DNA from: Octopus bimaculoides
Lineage: Eukaryota
Assembly: GCF_001194135.2 (NCBI RefSeq)
Contig: NC_068991.1
Coordinates: 76,018,650-76,066,009 of the forward strand
DNA: 47,360 nucleotides
Direction: 5' to 3'
In this document: one piece after another, positions 1-10,789 of the stretch
How positions within the stretch are numbered: position 1 is the first letter of the stretch
How the letters are laid out: each line of letters starts with the position of its first letter
Made by a program: the position numbers and the translations under genes
The notes under the pieces: model-generated
Database searches by the model: none
What the model was told of the DNA's origin: nothing
The model's input: the letters and a program-made list of their open reading frames with translations, nothing else

Positions 1-811
1 TATATATGATGAAAACCCAAACAGTTATAATTAACAAAATTACATAAAAGTATCTTGAAATACTGAAGAGAAATTTTATTTTAAAAAGTCGCCATTGTCT
101 TCAACCACGACCGCCAGACGACTCTGGAATCTCCTGCAACACTTCTGGACGGTCTCTTTGTTTAATTTGTTAAACGTTACGATAATCCTTGCCTTCAGTT
201 CATCTTTGGTGTTACAAGGACTTTTGTTGGTCTCTCGCTCAACTGCGCCCCACGCATAAGAATAAAGGGGGTTCCAGTCTGGGGAGTTAGGTGACCAGAT
301 GTTAGGGATGATGTATTGGCAGAAATTGTCTGGGAGCCATGACTGGATTCTTCTGCTTGTGTGGTTCGGTGAAGAGTCCTGTTGCCAGACATAGGGTCTT
401 CCAGCAGCCAGGTTCTTTACCCAGAGCAGCATTACTTTCTGCAGGCACATGATATAGTCCTCCGTGTTGGTTCTAAGGTCGTGTGGAATGCTGAATGGAG
501 GCATAGCCTTGCCATCATTAGTGATCACTCCAGACACCATGATGTTCATTGGATGTTTTGATTTTTATCACTATTGATACATGTCTTCAGATCGCACCGT
601 CCTCCGATTGACTTCCAAGCACTCTGAAATATTCGTATTGGAGCTTCGGCGCATTAAAGCATGTCGTTTCCAAATTTCTGGCAGAATGAATTGCATCCTG
701 GCGCTGTTTTTGTCAAAGACCGTGCCCAACCGACCGAGAAAATCAAAACAAACAATGAGCATGCATGAAATTGAAAATATAAAACGGTTACAGTTTGCCC
801 ATTGTACCCTG
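1..811 (-). mobile_element. Tc1/mariner-superfamily DD37D (maT/Bmmar1-like) transposon, internally deleted and non-autonomous; the other terminus lies upstream of the window
   Basis: ORF 76..549 reads YVWQQD-(37 aa)-Y, i.e. SPDWNPLYSYAWG for the canonical SPDLNPLDYYVWG. An HTH-like N-terminal piece (EIWKRHAL...ISECLEVNRRTV) lies at about 590-690. Terminus CAGGGTACAATGGGCAAACTG starts at 811 on the minus strand, next to TA at 812-813. Confidence 0.9.
76..549 (-). pseudogene. C-terminal catalytic half of a DD37D transposase, lacking the first Asp and with the third Asp changed to Tyr
   Basis: Motifs IMVSGVITNDG, QQDSSPNH, WSPNSPDWNPLY and RRFQSRLAVVVEDNGDF. Confidence 0.85.
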
Positions 812-961
812 TAATACCCCGGATGATGCTCGAAAAATAAGGAGTACTACCTTAGTTCACTTTGGAAAATTGACACCGTAGTACATCTCCGGCGTTAGAA
901 GGTAATAAAGAAAACCAACAACAATTATAATAATCATGATCATAATAATAATAATAATAAT

Positions 962-1207
962 ATCATAGTAGGTGCCTTAAGTATAATAAAAAAATATTCA
1001 GACAAATACATAACAAAAACACCAGGACTTACAAATATATATAACATACAGAAAATTGCACTACTGTGTACTGCACACATTCTACGCAAAACACTTTTAA
1101 TACAGTAAACATAAGAGCACCACAGCAAACCACAGCACATATCCAAGGCGCACAGAGCTGCGCTCGGTAGTGAAGTGAAAGCACGTTATAAAAATAAAAC
1201 TACTGAA
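962..1207 (+). mobile_element. 5'-truncated R4/Dong-like (RLE-type) non-LTR retrotransposon 3' end, family A
   Basis: 962-1108 translates without interruption as IIVGALSIIKKYSDKYITKTPGLTNIYNIQKIALLCTAHILRKTLLIQ*, resembling the P-I-I-V-G-A-L-G...TAHILRK C-terminus of R4/Dong ORFs. About 100 bp of 3' UTR follows, then (AAT)n. A second copy is at 17596-17730. Confidence 0.75.
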
Positions 1208-1235
1208 CAATAATAATAATAATAAAAATAATAAT

Positions 1236-1270
<35 letters not shown>

Positions 1271-1289
1271 TAACGATAATAATAATAAC

Positions 1290-1330
<41 letters not shown>

Positions 1331-1410
1331 TAACGATAACGATGACGATGACGATGACGTTGATGATGATGATGATGATGAGTTTGACGACGACGACGAT
1401 GATGATGATG
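1208..1410 (+). repeat. Compound (AAT)n > (AAC/GAT)n > (GAT/GAC)n microsatellite
   Basis: Direct reading. Confidence 0.95.
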
Positions 1411-1849
1411 TCGAAACTAGAACTGGAAAAGAGAAGTTCTTGACAAGAATGACCATCAGTTTCAAGTTTCAGAATGAATTCTTTAAAATGTGACAGCATT
1501 TTCATTCCAGTGTTACTCTATAGATTTGTGTGGCTTAACCTGATCGAGATTAGTTATCGCGTAACGTGGCTAACAGTTCAATACTGTTGCACAAAGCATC
1601 TACAACAGAAAGAATTACCTGAGACTTCGTCTGTATTTCAACAAAAACTGTAATATGCGAGAACGTTGTCGCATGTTAATAATAACAATGAGTTTCTATC
1701 AGATTTCTAGAAGCGAACAGAAAGTGTTGGTTGCTATGCTTTGCTATGACAGCAGGAACTAACACAGTTCAGAATACAAATCAGTTGAGAAACTAATCAC
1801 AGAGATGTTTTTGTTTTTTTTTTGTTTTATAAATTTTTATCTGAAGCAG

Positions 1850-4300
1850 CTTTGATGGGCCTGTTAAGGAAAATTTCGGTGAAGGTGAAATCACTGGAAC
1901 CTAAAGCAATTAATTTTAGCAATATAAGATCTGTAATAATGTCATTACTTCGTCCTCGAAGGAAATTGATAATCGTTGAAAACTTCAACGATTATGAGAA
2001 TGCCAAAGTATTGGCGAATTTATTTCAATTGTTCTCCAAATTGACGAGATTTAACCCGTTTTAAAGATTTATTTTAATAAAATTAGGATTAAGTATAGAG
2101 TGTACAAAATGATTGATTCAGAGGAGACAAGGTGTGGCATACAACCATCTTAGCTTTGTGTCAAATCATTAGAATATATGCAACAGCTTGACATGGTTTC
2201 TAAATTTCAGATATATTGAGAACAAAAATAGAAATTATGTGTAATCTTGAAAGTATTGCAGTGTCATATGGCGATAAAAACAGATATAATCTAATTTTAA
2301 ACGGCGATTTTGAGATATTAGTATTCATCATTAAAAAGTTTGACGTTTGGTAAAACCTTTTGTAAAATGTCGAAAATCAGTTTCAAATTTTACTTAAATC
2401 AGAGAAGTTATGGGAAATTGAAAATGATACAGCTTCGTGTATATTTGAAGTTGTCTAAAACAATACTACAATGTGTGACTCAATGACTTCAACGTAAAGA
2501 CGTAAATTGGCAATACAAGTCAGGTAACTGTAATACATTAAAACTACAGGATGGATTTGAATAAATCAAAATTAAGAAAGTGCAATCTCAAACTAAAACA
2601 ATTTGATGGATCACTCATTGAAATTTTGGAAAATTTAATGCATTAACGGAAACTGATAAGAAGATAAAAGCGGTGAGTCGGACTGTAGCAGAAGCAATGA
2701 TGGCTTCTGCGGTTTGGAGTTGATGAATGTTGATAGTTCAACATTAATTTATAAGATTAAAGCAACAGAACAATGTAGAAGATCAAGAGAGTTTCAGGCT
2801 ACCATTCTTCTTGTCAAAGGAAATACCAGGCCATGTTATTCTGGGGCAAGACCATCGCTTAATACACATTAAAACCATCAGTGATAATGAACTTGAGGAA
2901 ATTAATTAATGAAGGCCTTTTAGAAGTATTTCGTTTAGTGGATCTGCAAAAGCCGGATGGATACCTGAGGATGTGTGAATACTAGAACGTTGGCTTAAAC
3001 GAAAGAATTTGGTCAGATTCTTATCCTACTGTAAATACTGAATCGATATTTCATTCTCTTTCTAGCACGAATTGTTTTGCTAAATTGAATTTGAAAGGGG
3101 GCATATCATCAAATAGAAATGTGTTCCGAAGCAAGAACTGTTATACCGATAAATATGCCAACAGATCTTTTAAGATGGACATCTCTCCCGTACGAAATTA
3201 AAACTACCAACATTATGTTTCGGAGAGAAGCTGAACATTTTCGAAATGACATTGATAGTATGAATCTTTATGAAGATGATTTGTGTATTAGTATTAAAAC
3301 TGTTGAATATCTACATATCAAGGTAGATATGATCATAAAAAGGTGGGAATTATGAGATAGGATGATAAATGAACTTCAGTTTGAGCTAGAGAACGCCGAT
3401 TTAGGGGAAGGATGTTGAAGATGATTTCATTGTTTCGTAGTGAGAATTATGGATGGTAAACTCTGAATGGGAAGCAATTATAACATTTTCTCAAACTTGT
3501 CAATTTTTATGAGAGATTAATAATTATTGAGAGGCTGACTCCGCTTGCATTATTTGCTGAACATGATCTCCTACATAAATATAAGATATTTAACCATATA
3601 AAACTACGTTTAGTATCATAGCCCGTAGTCCAAACTTATGATATCACGAAAGACATATCTTCAATAACATATGCCAGTGAAAATCCTCTGTCAGAGATGC
3701 TTCTATAAGATCTATAAGATAATCGTCGTGTTTTATATTTTGTTTCAAAAGATGTACCTAAACCTGAAACAAGATTCATACATGATGACAATATGGCCTT
3801 GACTACAGTATGCTGTAGCTGAAGGACACTACGTTTCCTGCTTGGTGAGAATCTAGAATCTATTTTTAACAATACTTGCAGTCGACGAAAACTGGGTGTC
3901 TTAAGAAATGTCCTTAAGAGAAAACTGGATTTAATTATGAAATAGGTAAACGCATCTAACATAATACATTTTGATGCTCTGTCACAATTGGGGCTGAATA
4001 ATGCTTGCTATGGTGAACTTAGTTACTATATGACGTTGATATTTACATGTATTTTGCAAAAAAAGCATGTATAAAATGTGAAAATATATACTTGATAACA
4101 GCCATGAAATATATATTATTTGGTACATTAAGGGATGATAATTAGAGTAAATGCTTTATTGCTCAAAGTCGATTAATGTCAGGTAAAAATAAGCTGGCAT
4201 TTGAGGATACTATCTTGCGTAAATGATAGAACGTTGCTTCATCAATATGTTTAAAATCATTAATGATAAGTTTTGAACAGGATTATATAAAATCTGGTAA
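1850..4300 (+). mobile_element. Heavily decayed Ty3/Gypsy gag-pol remnant (protease, RT, RNase H, start of the integrase region)
   Basis: Protease-like NTSQVTVI...LRKCNLKLKQFDGSLIEIL at about 2510-2630. RT: LQKPDGYLRMC...SDSYP...FAKLNLKG-AYHQIEM...LPYEIKT...YEDD (3269-3280). RNase H: PVVQTYDITKDISSITYAS...FLLGE and HFDALSQL (about 3967-3990). Many stops and frameshifts. Confidence 0.85.
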
Positions 4301-4696
4301 GGGATCGGGGGCCGGGCTACTATGAGCAAATGAAATGATATTGAATTTGATCAACTCGGGGTAGAATAAAACTAAAGTGACTTCACACCGTGCAAACATG
4401 GCGGGAACAAATTAATGCATCAATACACATGCATAGAAATACGCATGTTTCAGGAATTCCATATTGTTCTCGTCTAGCCAGACGAAGTAAGAGAGAATAA
4501 AGAATAACCAAATATAGGCTGGTATTTGGAACTGTGTCTACGAGAAATGATGTTCCAGAAATATTACTGTCCGGTGATATATGCGAGATGAACCGTTGAG
4601 TACGTAATTTTACTAGGTCTGATATAATACTACGTAACCGACCTGTAACATCTAAAATCAAACGGTTCTAAAGGTTTTTCCTAGTAAAAGTTCTAT

Positions 4697-5009
4697 CAAT
4701 GGACTACTATGTATGGAGCATCGTTGAGAAAAATGTCAATGAATGCATCTATAGCACCAAAGAGTGTTTGAAATCCGCCATAGTTCGAGTCATGTCCAAT
4801 ATGAACAGGAACCACTAAATCCAAGATTTCGACCTCGCCTAGAGGCAGTAAATCGATGCTTATGGTAGTTTTATTGAATAAAATTATTTAATTGATAAGT
4901 TAGCTTTATGTTTATGTTATTTCTATGAAAATACAGCTTTTTTTTCTATTATTATATAAGCGTTTTTTCTTAAATCATAAATTTGTCCTCAAATACCGTC
5001 CGCACCCTG
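4697..5009 (+). mobile_element. 3' end of a second DD37D/maT-like transposon
   Basis: MDYYVWSIVEKNVN...STKECLKSAIVRVMSNM...RFRPRLEAV-IDAYGSFIE* ending at 4881; terminal CACCCTG at 5003-5009. Confidence 0.8.
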
Positions 5010-5026
5010 AATATATATGTGTATAT

Positions 5027-5241
5027 GTAGGAAGCTGATAAGTTCCTGGCTTTGGGTGAAAGACAATACAAGAGGATGAATTAATTGTGATTTTATTCAA
5101 CACATTCCCCTCTCACATTCGCACACTTACTGCAGCAGTTCTTCAGTTTTTCTAAGACCTGTAAAAGAACTAGGAAGGTTAGGCCTCCAGCCAGGCGTTT
5201 CATGATAACCTTAAAGCCAGAAACCTTTCAGCATCCCCTTG
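5027..5241. mobile_element. Mariner-derived MITE (about 215 bp)
   Basis: Imperfect TIRs of about 27 bp: GTAGGAAGCTGATAAGTTCCTGGCTTT (5027-5053) and AAAGCCAGAAACCTTTCAGCATCCCCTTG (5213-5241). The internal TTATTCAACACATTCCCC...CACACTTACTGCAGC resembles mariner 5' sub-terminal sequence. Confidence 0.75.
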
Positions 5242-5288
<47 letters not shown>

Positions 5289-5296
5289 CACACACG
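5242..5296 (+). repeat. (CA)n microsatellite
   Basis: Direct reading. Confidence 0.95.
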
Positions 5297-5804
5297 TATA
5301 CGTTCTACAAACGGTATTTGTGCTGGCCCTTAAATAACGAAAGAAATTAAACGAATTCGCTCCCGTGAGATTTGATATCATTCACAACATTCTTATAGTA
5401 AATATCGTTGTAATGCATTCGAGCTTCTCCTACGTGACTGGACTATTCACGTTCACAGTGAGTTAGACAAAAGAGTTTGACCGTTCAGTTGAATAATGTT
5501 TCCACGAGAGAGTGTATTGCGTGTGACAAGTGTGTTTCTTTCTATGAATGCAGTATGACACGACAAACTGTTTACAATGTTAATTCAGATATCATTAGTT
5601 TACACTTAATATGCAGAATATTTTGCAAGACAATTTTATATATATCTGTTTAAGAAACTTTTATTTTTAGTCAATGCGATAAAATATTTGCGCACGCAGA
5701 GTAACAAAGGAATCTGCATAGACTAACATATACATAGATATATAAATGTAAATATATGCACACACACACACCTGTGTGTGTGTGAATATATTTATATTTA
5801 TATT

Positions 5805-6342
5805 AGAATGACTGTGTGGTAAATAGCTAGCTTACTGACCACATGCATCCGGGCTCAGTCCCACTGCGTGGCACCTTGCGCAATTGTCTTCTAGTGTAGC
5901 CTCAGGCCGACCAAAGCCTTGTCAGTGGATTTGGTAGGCGGAAACTGAAAGAAGCTCGTCGTATATACGTATATATATACGTATATATANNNNNNNNNNN
6001 NNNNNNNNNNNNNNNNNNNNNNNNNNNNNNNNNNNNNNNNNNNNNNNNNNNNNNNNNNNNNNNNNNNNNNNNNNNNNNNNNNNNNNNNNNNNNNNNNNNN
6101 NNNNNNTATATATATATATATATATATATTTGTATGTGTGTGCATATGTTTGTGTCTGTGTTTGTCCCCGCAACATCGCTTGACAACTGATGCTGGTGTG
6201 TTTACGTCCTCGTAACCTAGCGGTTCGGCAAAAGAGACCCATAGAATAAGTACTAGGCTTACAAAGAATAAGTCCTGGGTTGGATTTGCTCGACTAAAGG
6301 CGGTGCTCCAGCATGGCCAAATGACTGAAACAAGTGAAAGAA
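5805..6342 (+). mobile_element. Near full-length tRNA-headed CORE-type octopus SINE with a central (TA)/(TG) microsatellite spanning a gap
   Basis: Head TGACTGTGTGGT...GGGCTCAGTCCC; CORE-like GGCACCTTGCGCAATTGTCTTCTA; second half TGTTTGTCCCC...TAGCGGTTCGGCAAAAGAGA...GGCGGTGCTCCAGCATGGCC...TGAAACAAGTGAAAGA. Homologous to 15771-16157. Confidence 0.9.
5990..6106. other. Assembly gap (N run) inside the SINE microsatellite
   Basis: N characters. Confidence 1.
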
Positions 6343-6544
6343 TGTAGGTATATGTGAGTCTGTATGTGGATTCCGTTAGTTGTGTATCTGCGTATGTATT
6401 TCATCGCATTGACACACACATATACATATGGAATTATTTGGTGTGGTCATTTTGGTGTGAAATGGTTCTGAACGACAAAGGCATCTGCTAGCAAGTCTAA
6501 TTACCAATCTGGTCACTAACACGTACATCTAGTTCTCACACATA

Positions 6545-6635
6545 GTATACATACATATATATATATACATATATACATATATACACAGAAACTCGACAAC
6601 ACATGTATACACACACACACACACACACACACACA
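6545..6635 (+). repeat. (TA/TACA)n and (CA)n microsatellites
   Basis: Direct reading. Confidence 0.9.
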
Positions 6636-6649
6636 ATGCGGAGAGTTTA

Positions 6650-7900
6650 AGAAAACCGTTATATTTGAGGCGCAGGAGAAAAGAACAGTCTAAGAAAAGT
6701 CCAGTTATGTAGGTTCCGTTAACCCATTCTAATTCCTTAGCGTTTATCTATCAGCAGCAGTCGTTCTCCAAACGCGTGTGTAATCGATATTCCACGCGTT
6801 GATGTAAACAAACATCCAACTGATGTTATAAGCCATCTGTAGTGTGACGGCTCTATTGTTTCTTTGTTGTGTATTTTATCATTTCACCTGCGTCCCGGCT
6901 GGTGTTGTCACTGCATCTTTTGCGTATCTGGGCGATTTCTTTACGTGGGTAGTTCATCTTGACCGTGATAGAGAAGGCAAAAAGCTCCCGGCAAGAAGGT
7001 TTTCTGTAGAACAATGTGTCAATTTTACCCAAGGAAACATGGATTTTTGGAGAGTAAGTGTGTCCCTTACTCAAAATGTTCATTTGCATTTCGTTTACTG
7101 GGGTCTTAGGTTAATAACCTTTGGTTTCTCCTGTTCAGTGGCAGTCTTGTTTCCCTGGTGTATCCGTGTTTGATCTAAACAAAACAGCTGTTATGCTCCT
7201 CATTAGCTTTAGCTGTTGTTTCCTTTTGAGTTGATTTATTCAGTTCAGTCCACAGTTTGTGGCAAATATTAGTATTCTGTCCTCATCAATTATTGGTGCG
7301 AATTTTCCTGTTAAAGGTTTTCTTTTGTGGGGAACTTCGTGTTTATTATTCTTTCTGGGATTTGGCTGATTTTTGTTACATGGTGGTTCCTTGTAGTTTT
7401 CAGAGAATTTTGTTCATTAGTGAAATAGATTGCTATGGGTATAATTTTGGAGGTGTATATTCCATTTCTATTTGTTTTGAAATGAGTAATGTTCGTGTTG
7501 GTCTTTGGTATGTTGAGCATATGTTTAGCGGTCATACTGTATTATAAAACGTTTATTTTTTTTTATTTTGTTGAGTTTCTTGACGAATGAGTTGTTTGAA
7601 TCATATTATTGCTTAAACTCCTTTTTATAATTTAGGAACCAATTATTATTTCTTTCCCATAGTTACAAGGCCCCGGATTCTGCGTTTGCACAATAAGTTT
7701 TCTAGAATTTCAAAGTGTTTTGTAAGTGTAACCCTTATGTTTTATTTGATACACGCTTCGTCCATTTATTAATCAATTTCTTTATATTTGCTTTCATTGA
7801 CCTAAGGTCGTAATTTTAGAAGTTCTATTTCTATATTCATTTTGTTTACACTCATTTGTTACTGCAGTTTTCTTTGTTGTTCTGGTTCTGCAGTCACTGC
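6650..7900 (-). mobile_element. Probable decayed L1/Tx1-like LINE: ORF1 (gag-like) plus the start of the ORF2 endonuclease
   Basis: Strong A-rich bias on the minus strand. Degenerate knuckle-like stretches (CFV*IKHGYTRET; RKPSCRELFAFSIT). A frameshifted I-N-(V)-R-G-I endonuclease start motif (ATCAACGCGTGGAATA) near 6790-6805. Confidence 0.4.
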
Positions 7901-8189
7901 TTTTATTTGCAGTTTACAGGGTGAAGTTCATCTATTTATCATTAATGTCGGATTTGTTGTTCTCCTTTATCATGTTCCAATAGGCAAATTTTCTAGCCAT
8001 TACTTGCTTGTTACAGAGGTGTTCCATTTTATATTGAGTGATATATATAATGTTGGGGAATCGATTATATCCATTTCTGTTATGGGGCATATGATCTCTG
8101 TTAACCGACATTTGTCTCTTCAACCCCGAAATCGATTTGCAAAACATTTAACACATTACACAGATGGAATTACCCGGTCGAGAAAAGAT

Positions 8190-8715
8190 GGGCGCTGCAT
8201 ATAGTTGATCTTTGAAGGTATTTTAAATGGTTGACATACCCATCAAGTGGAAAAGTAAAGCACCTCCCATAGAGGTCCTTGCAGAGGCGGAGTACACAAG
8301 TACTCGTCATATCTACACAAATGGCTGAGCAGTCCATTTGTGTTCGGAAGGTAATCGGGTTCCAAAGCAGGCTGTTTTACAGTGGACAGCACAATAGAAA
8401 TCGTCTCTAGCATAAACAAATTAGAAGGTACAAGGGCTACAAGGACTGCATAAAGAGTAGGATTGGAACACTGTCTCCGTTAGCTTCACAGAGCCGTCTC
8501 AATTGAATCTAAGACCCTGCTAACAAATGCATAGAAGAATTACGGAATGAGACGCAGTCTGAACGCCTGACGTGCCCCTTCCTGCTGCCCACAGCTGCGT
8601 AGTGTCCATTGCAACTGTCCATGTCACGTCTTGCAGTCTTTATAGTGTTCACAGAGCATTGAGCAGTAGTCATGGTGTCGGTGTTTTGATACCCAGGACG
8701 ATTCATCCTGATACT
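8190..8715 (+). mobile_element. RTE (BovB-like) LINE 3' fragment
   Basis: IPIKWKSKAPPIEVL...RVPKQ...RYKGYKDCIKS...HCNCPCH...LYS resembles the RTE C-terminus (IKWQDKIPDTEVL, RIPKQLFYG, KRYKDTLK, C2H2-like end), followed by a TAGTCATGG-type 3' UTR. Confidence 0.7.
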
Positions 8716-9542
8716 AGTAACCATTTTCAATATTCACATGGCATCCAGTGAGATAAATTCTCTCACCTACAACTTTTATCATTATGCTCTTCAACACCGT
8801 TGATTATTCACCAATGCAGCAAGCTGTTCCTGAAAAAGGAGACGTGACATCATCAAATTTAGCGTGTGACATGCATTTTCTAATATCTCATAAGTACGAA
8901 CGTGTACTGTAACACTGTATTCGTACATTTGTACGTAAATCGTCATGCAACAATGGCACAGGTCTACATTAACACTGAAAATGTAAATGCACTCCAGCCA
9001 CACACTTTAAAACAAGAACGACGGATCACATATAAATATAGAACGACCAATGAATGTTGGAAAATATTGACTATTTTGAAGCAGGAATTGTTAAAAAAAA
9101 TTTGTCGTTTAAAATTGGGAATCCAGAAATAATTGCACACAAAATCTTTTCTCTTTTCTTTTTTTTTTTTTTTTTGAATGCGAGAATATGATGTTTTTCT
9201 TGATGAAGCTGTAATTTTCCGACAAGTGAAATAAGTATAATATTAGTTATAGGTAACCAGTATTTTTTCTCCTTATTTTCGATAATTTGAATTTAAGACA
9301 CCACTGGATAATTTGTTATTCAACACTTAGTATTATGTTGTTTCCTAAGTGGTAACGAATGTGTTATTGTCATTGTAAGAATTCTCGTTGCTTTTATTTG
9401 TTTAACATTGCCGCTTTTGCAAAATTATTATTCTTAATTGTTCCAGAAATTGGATAATTTACGTTATCATACATTTCCGTCCCAGAACACACAATGTACG
9501 CAAAAGATGGTTTTATGTTTGTGTATATATATATATATATAT

Positions 9543-9882
9543 NNNNNNNNNNNNNNNNNNNNNNNNNNNNNNNNNNNNNNNNNNNNNNNNNNNNNNNNNN
9601 NNNNNNNNNNNNNNNNNNNNNNNNNNNNNNNNNNNNNNNNNNNNNNNNNNNNNNNNNNNNNNNNNNNNNNNNNNNNNNNNNNNNNNNNNNNNNNNNNNNN
9701 NNNNNNNNNNNNNNNNNNNNNNNNNNNNNNNNNNNNNNNNNNNNNNNNNNNNNNNNNNNNNNNNNNNNNNNNNNNNNNNNNNNNNNNNNNNNNNNNNNNN
9801 NNNNNNNNNNNNNNNNNNNNNNNNNNNNNNNNNNNNNNNNNNNNNNNNNNNNNNNNNNNNNNNNNNNNNNNNNNNNNNNNNN
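9543..9882. other. Assembly gap between (TA)n and (GATA)n
   Basis: N characters. Confidence 1.
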
Positions 9883-9951
9883 AGATAGATAGATAGATAG
9901 ATAGTTATATATATATAGATAGATAGATAGATAGATAGATAGATGCATACA

Positions 9952-9985
<34 letters not shown>

Positions 9986-9992
9986 CATAGAT
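9883..9992 (+). repeat. (GATA)n/(TA)n/(CATA)n compound microsatellite
   Basis: Direct reading. Confidence 0.95.
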
Positions 9993-10789
9993 AACTAAAT
10001 AGGTTGCTGAATTGTTTTTAAGAACATATATGCACGCTCGTTTCCTTGTAATCAGTTGTGTTTCAATGATTTTCGCCGCCATGAAGATTATCTGGATTAA
10101 ATTAATCCGTACTAAAATGCCAGATAGTTATGTGTATATAATACCAGATGATGTTACGTGTCTGATTACTAATGTTTCTTGTAACATAACATTCCATTCA
10201 CATTATCTCAATTTATGTAATCTCTTACTTACACAGACCAGAAATCTACACCAAATGCTATATCCTCCTACGTTAATCTTTAGCTCTCATCGACCAACGT
10301 CAAGCATTCCACCATATCGTTCCTCATTCATTCAGTGTCATTACTCAACATTCCTGCATTGTTTCCTTCTACATCATTTCTACCGTTTGATCATCCGTGA
10401 ATTATCATATTTTTTAGAGTGAAGCTGTCAAGGAATTTCCTTCGTTGTCTATGTTTTCCCAACCCAGTAACAAGAGGAGAAATTTGAAGATGGAGTTACA
10501 TAAATATTTTGAACCCACCATTCCTTGATATTGAGCTTTGACTATATCTTTAGCTAATCGCATTTTTAATTTGCAACAATATGTGAGATTATAGCAATTA
10601 TTTTCCGTTATTTTGGGAATAAATGATGGGTAAATATTTAAATAAATCGCTAAAATGCTGAGTTACAGACCGAAAGTTGTGAAGTTTGAAACTTCATTGA
10701 TGGACCTTCATATCTCGAATTATTCCCTCCTCTATTCTTTCCTAATGTAAGATACTAAGCCACGTTGTTATGTTATAGATAAATGAATT

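Noticed and set aside
1500-4690. Possible LTR pair around the Gypsy remnant
   Set aside because: I could not align 1500-1800 with 4320-4690, and found no clear PBS or TG...CA ends.
6771-6800. 8-bp inverted repeat AACGCGTG/CACGCGTT
   Set aside because: Short, and inside a probable LINE remnant.
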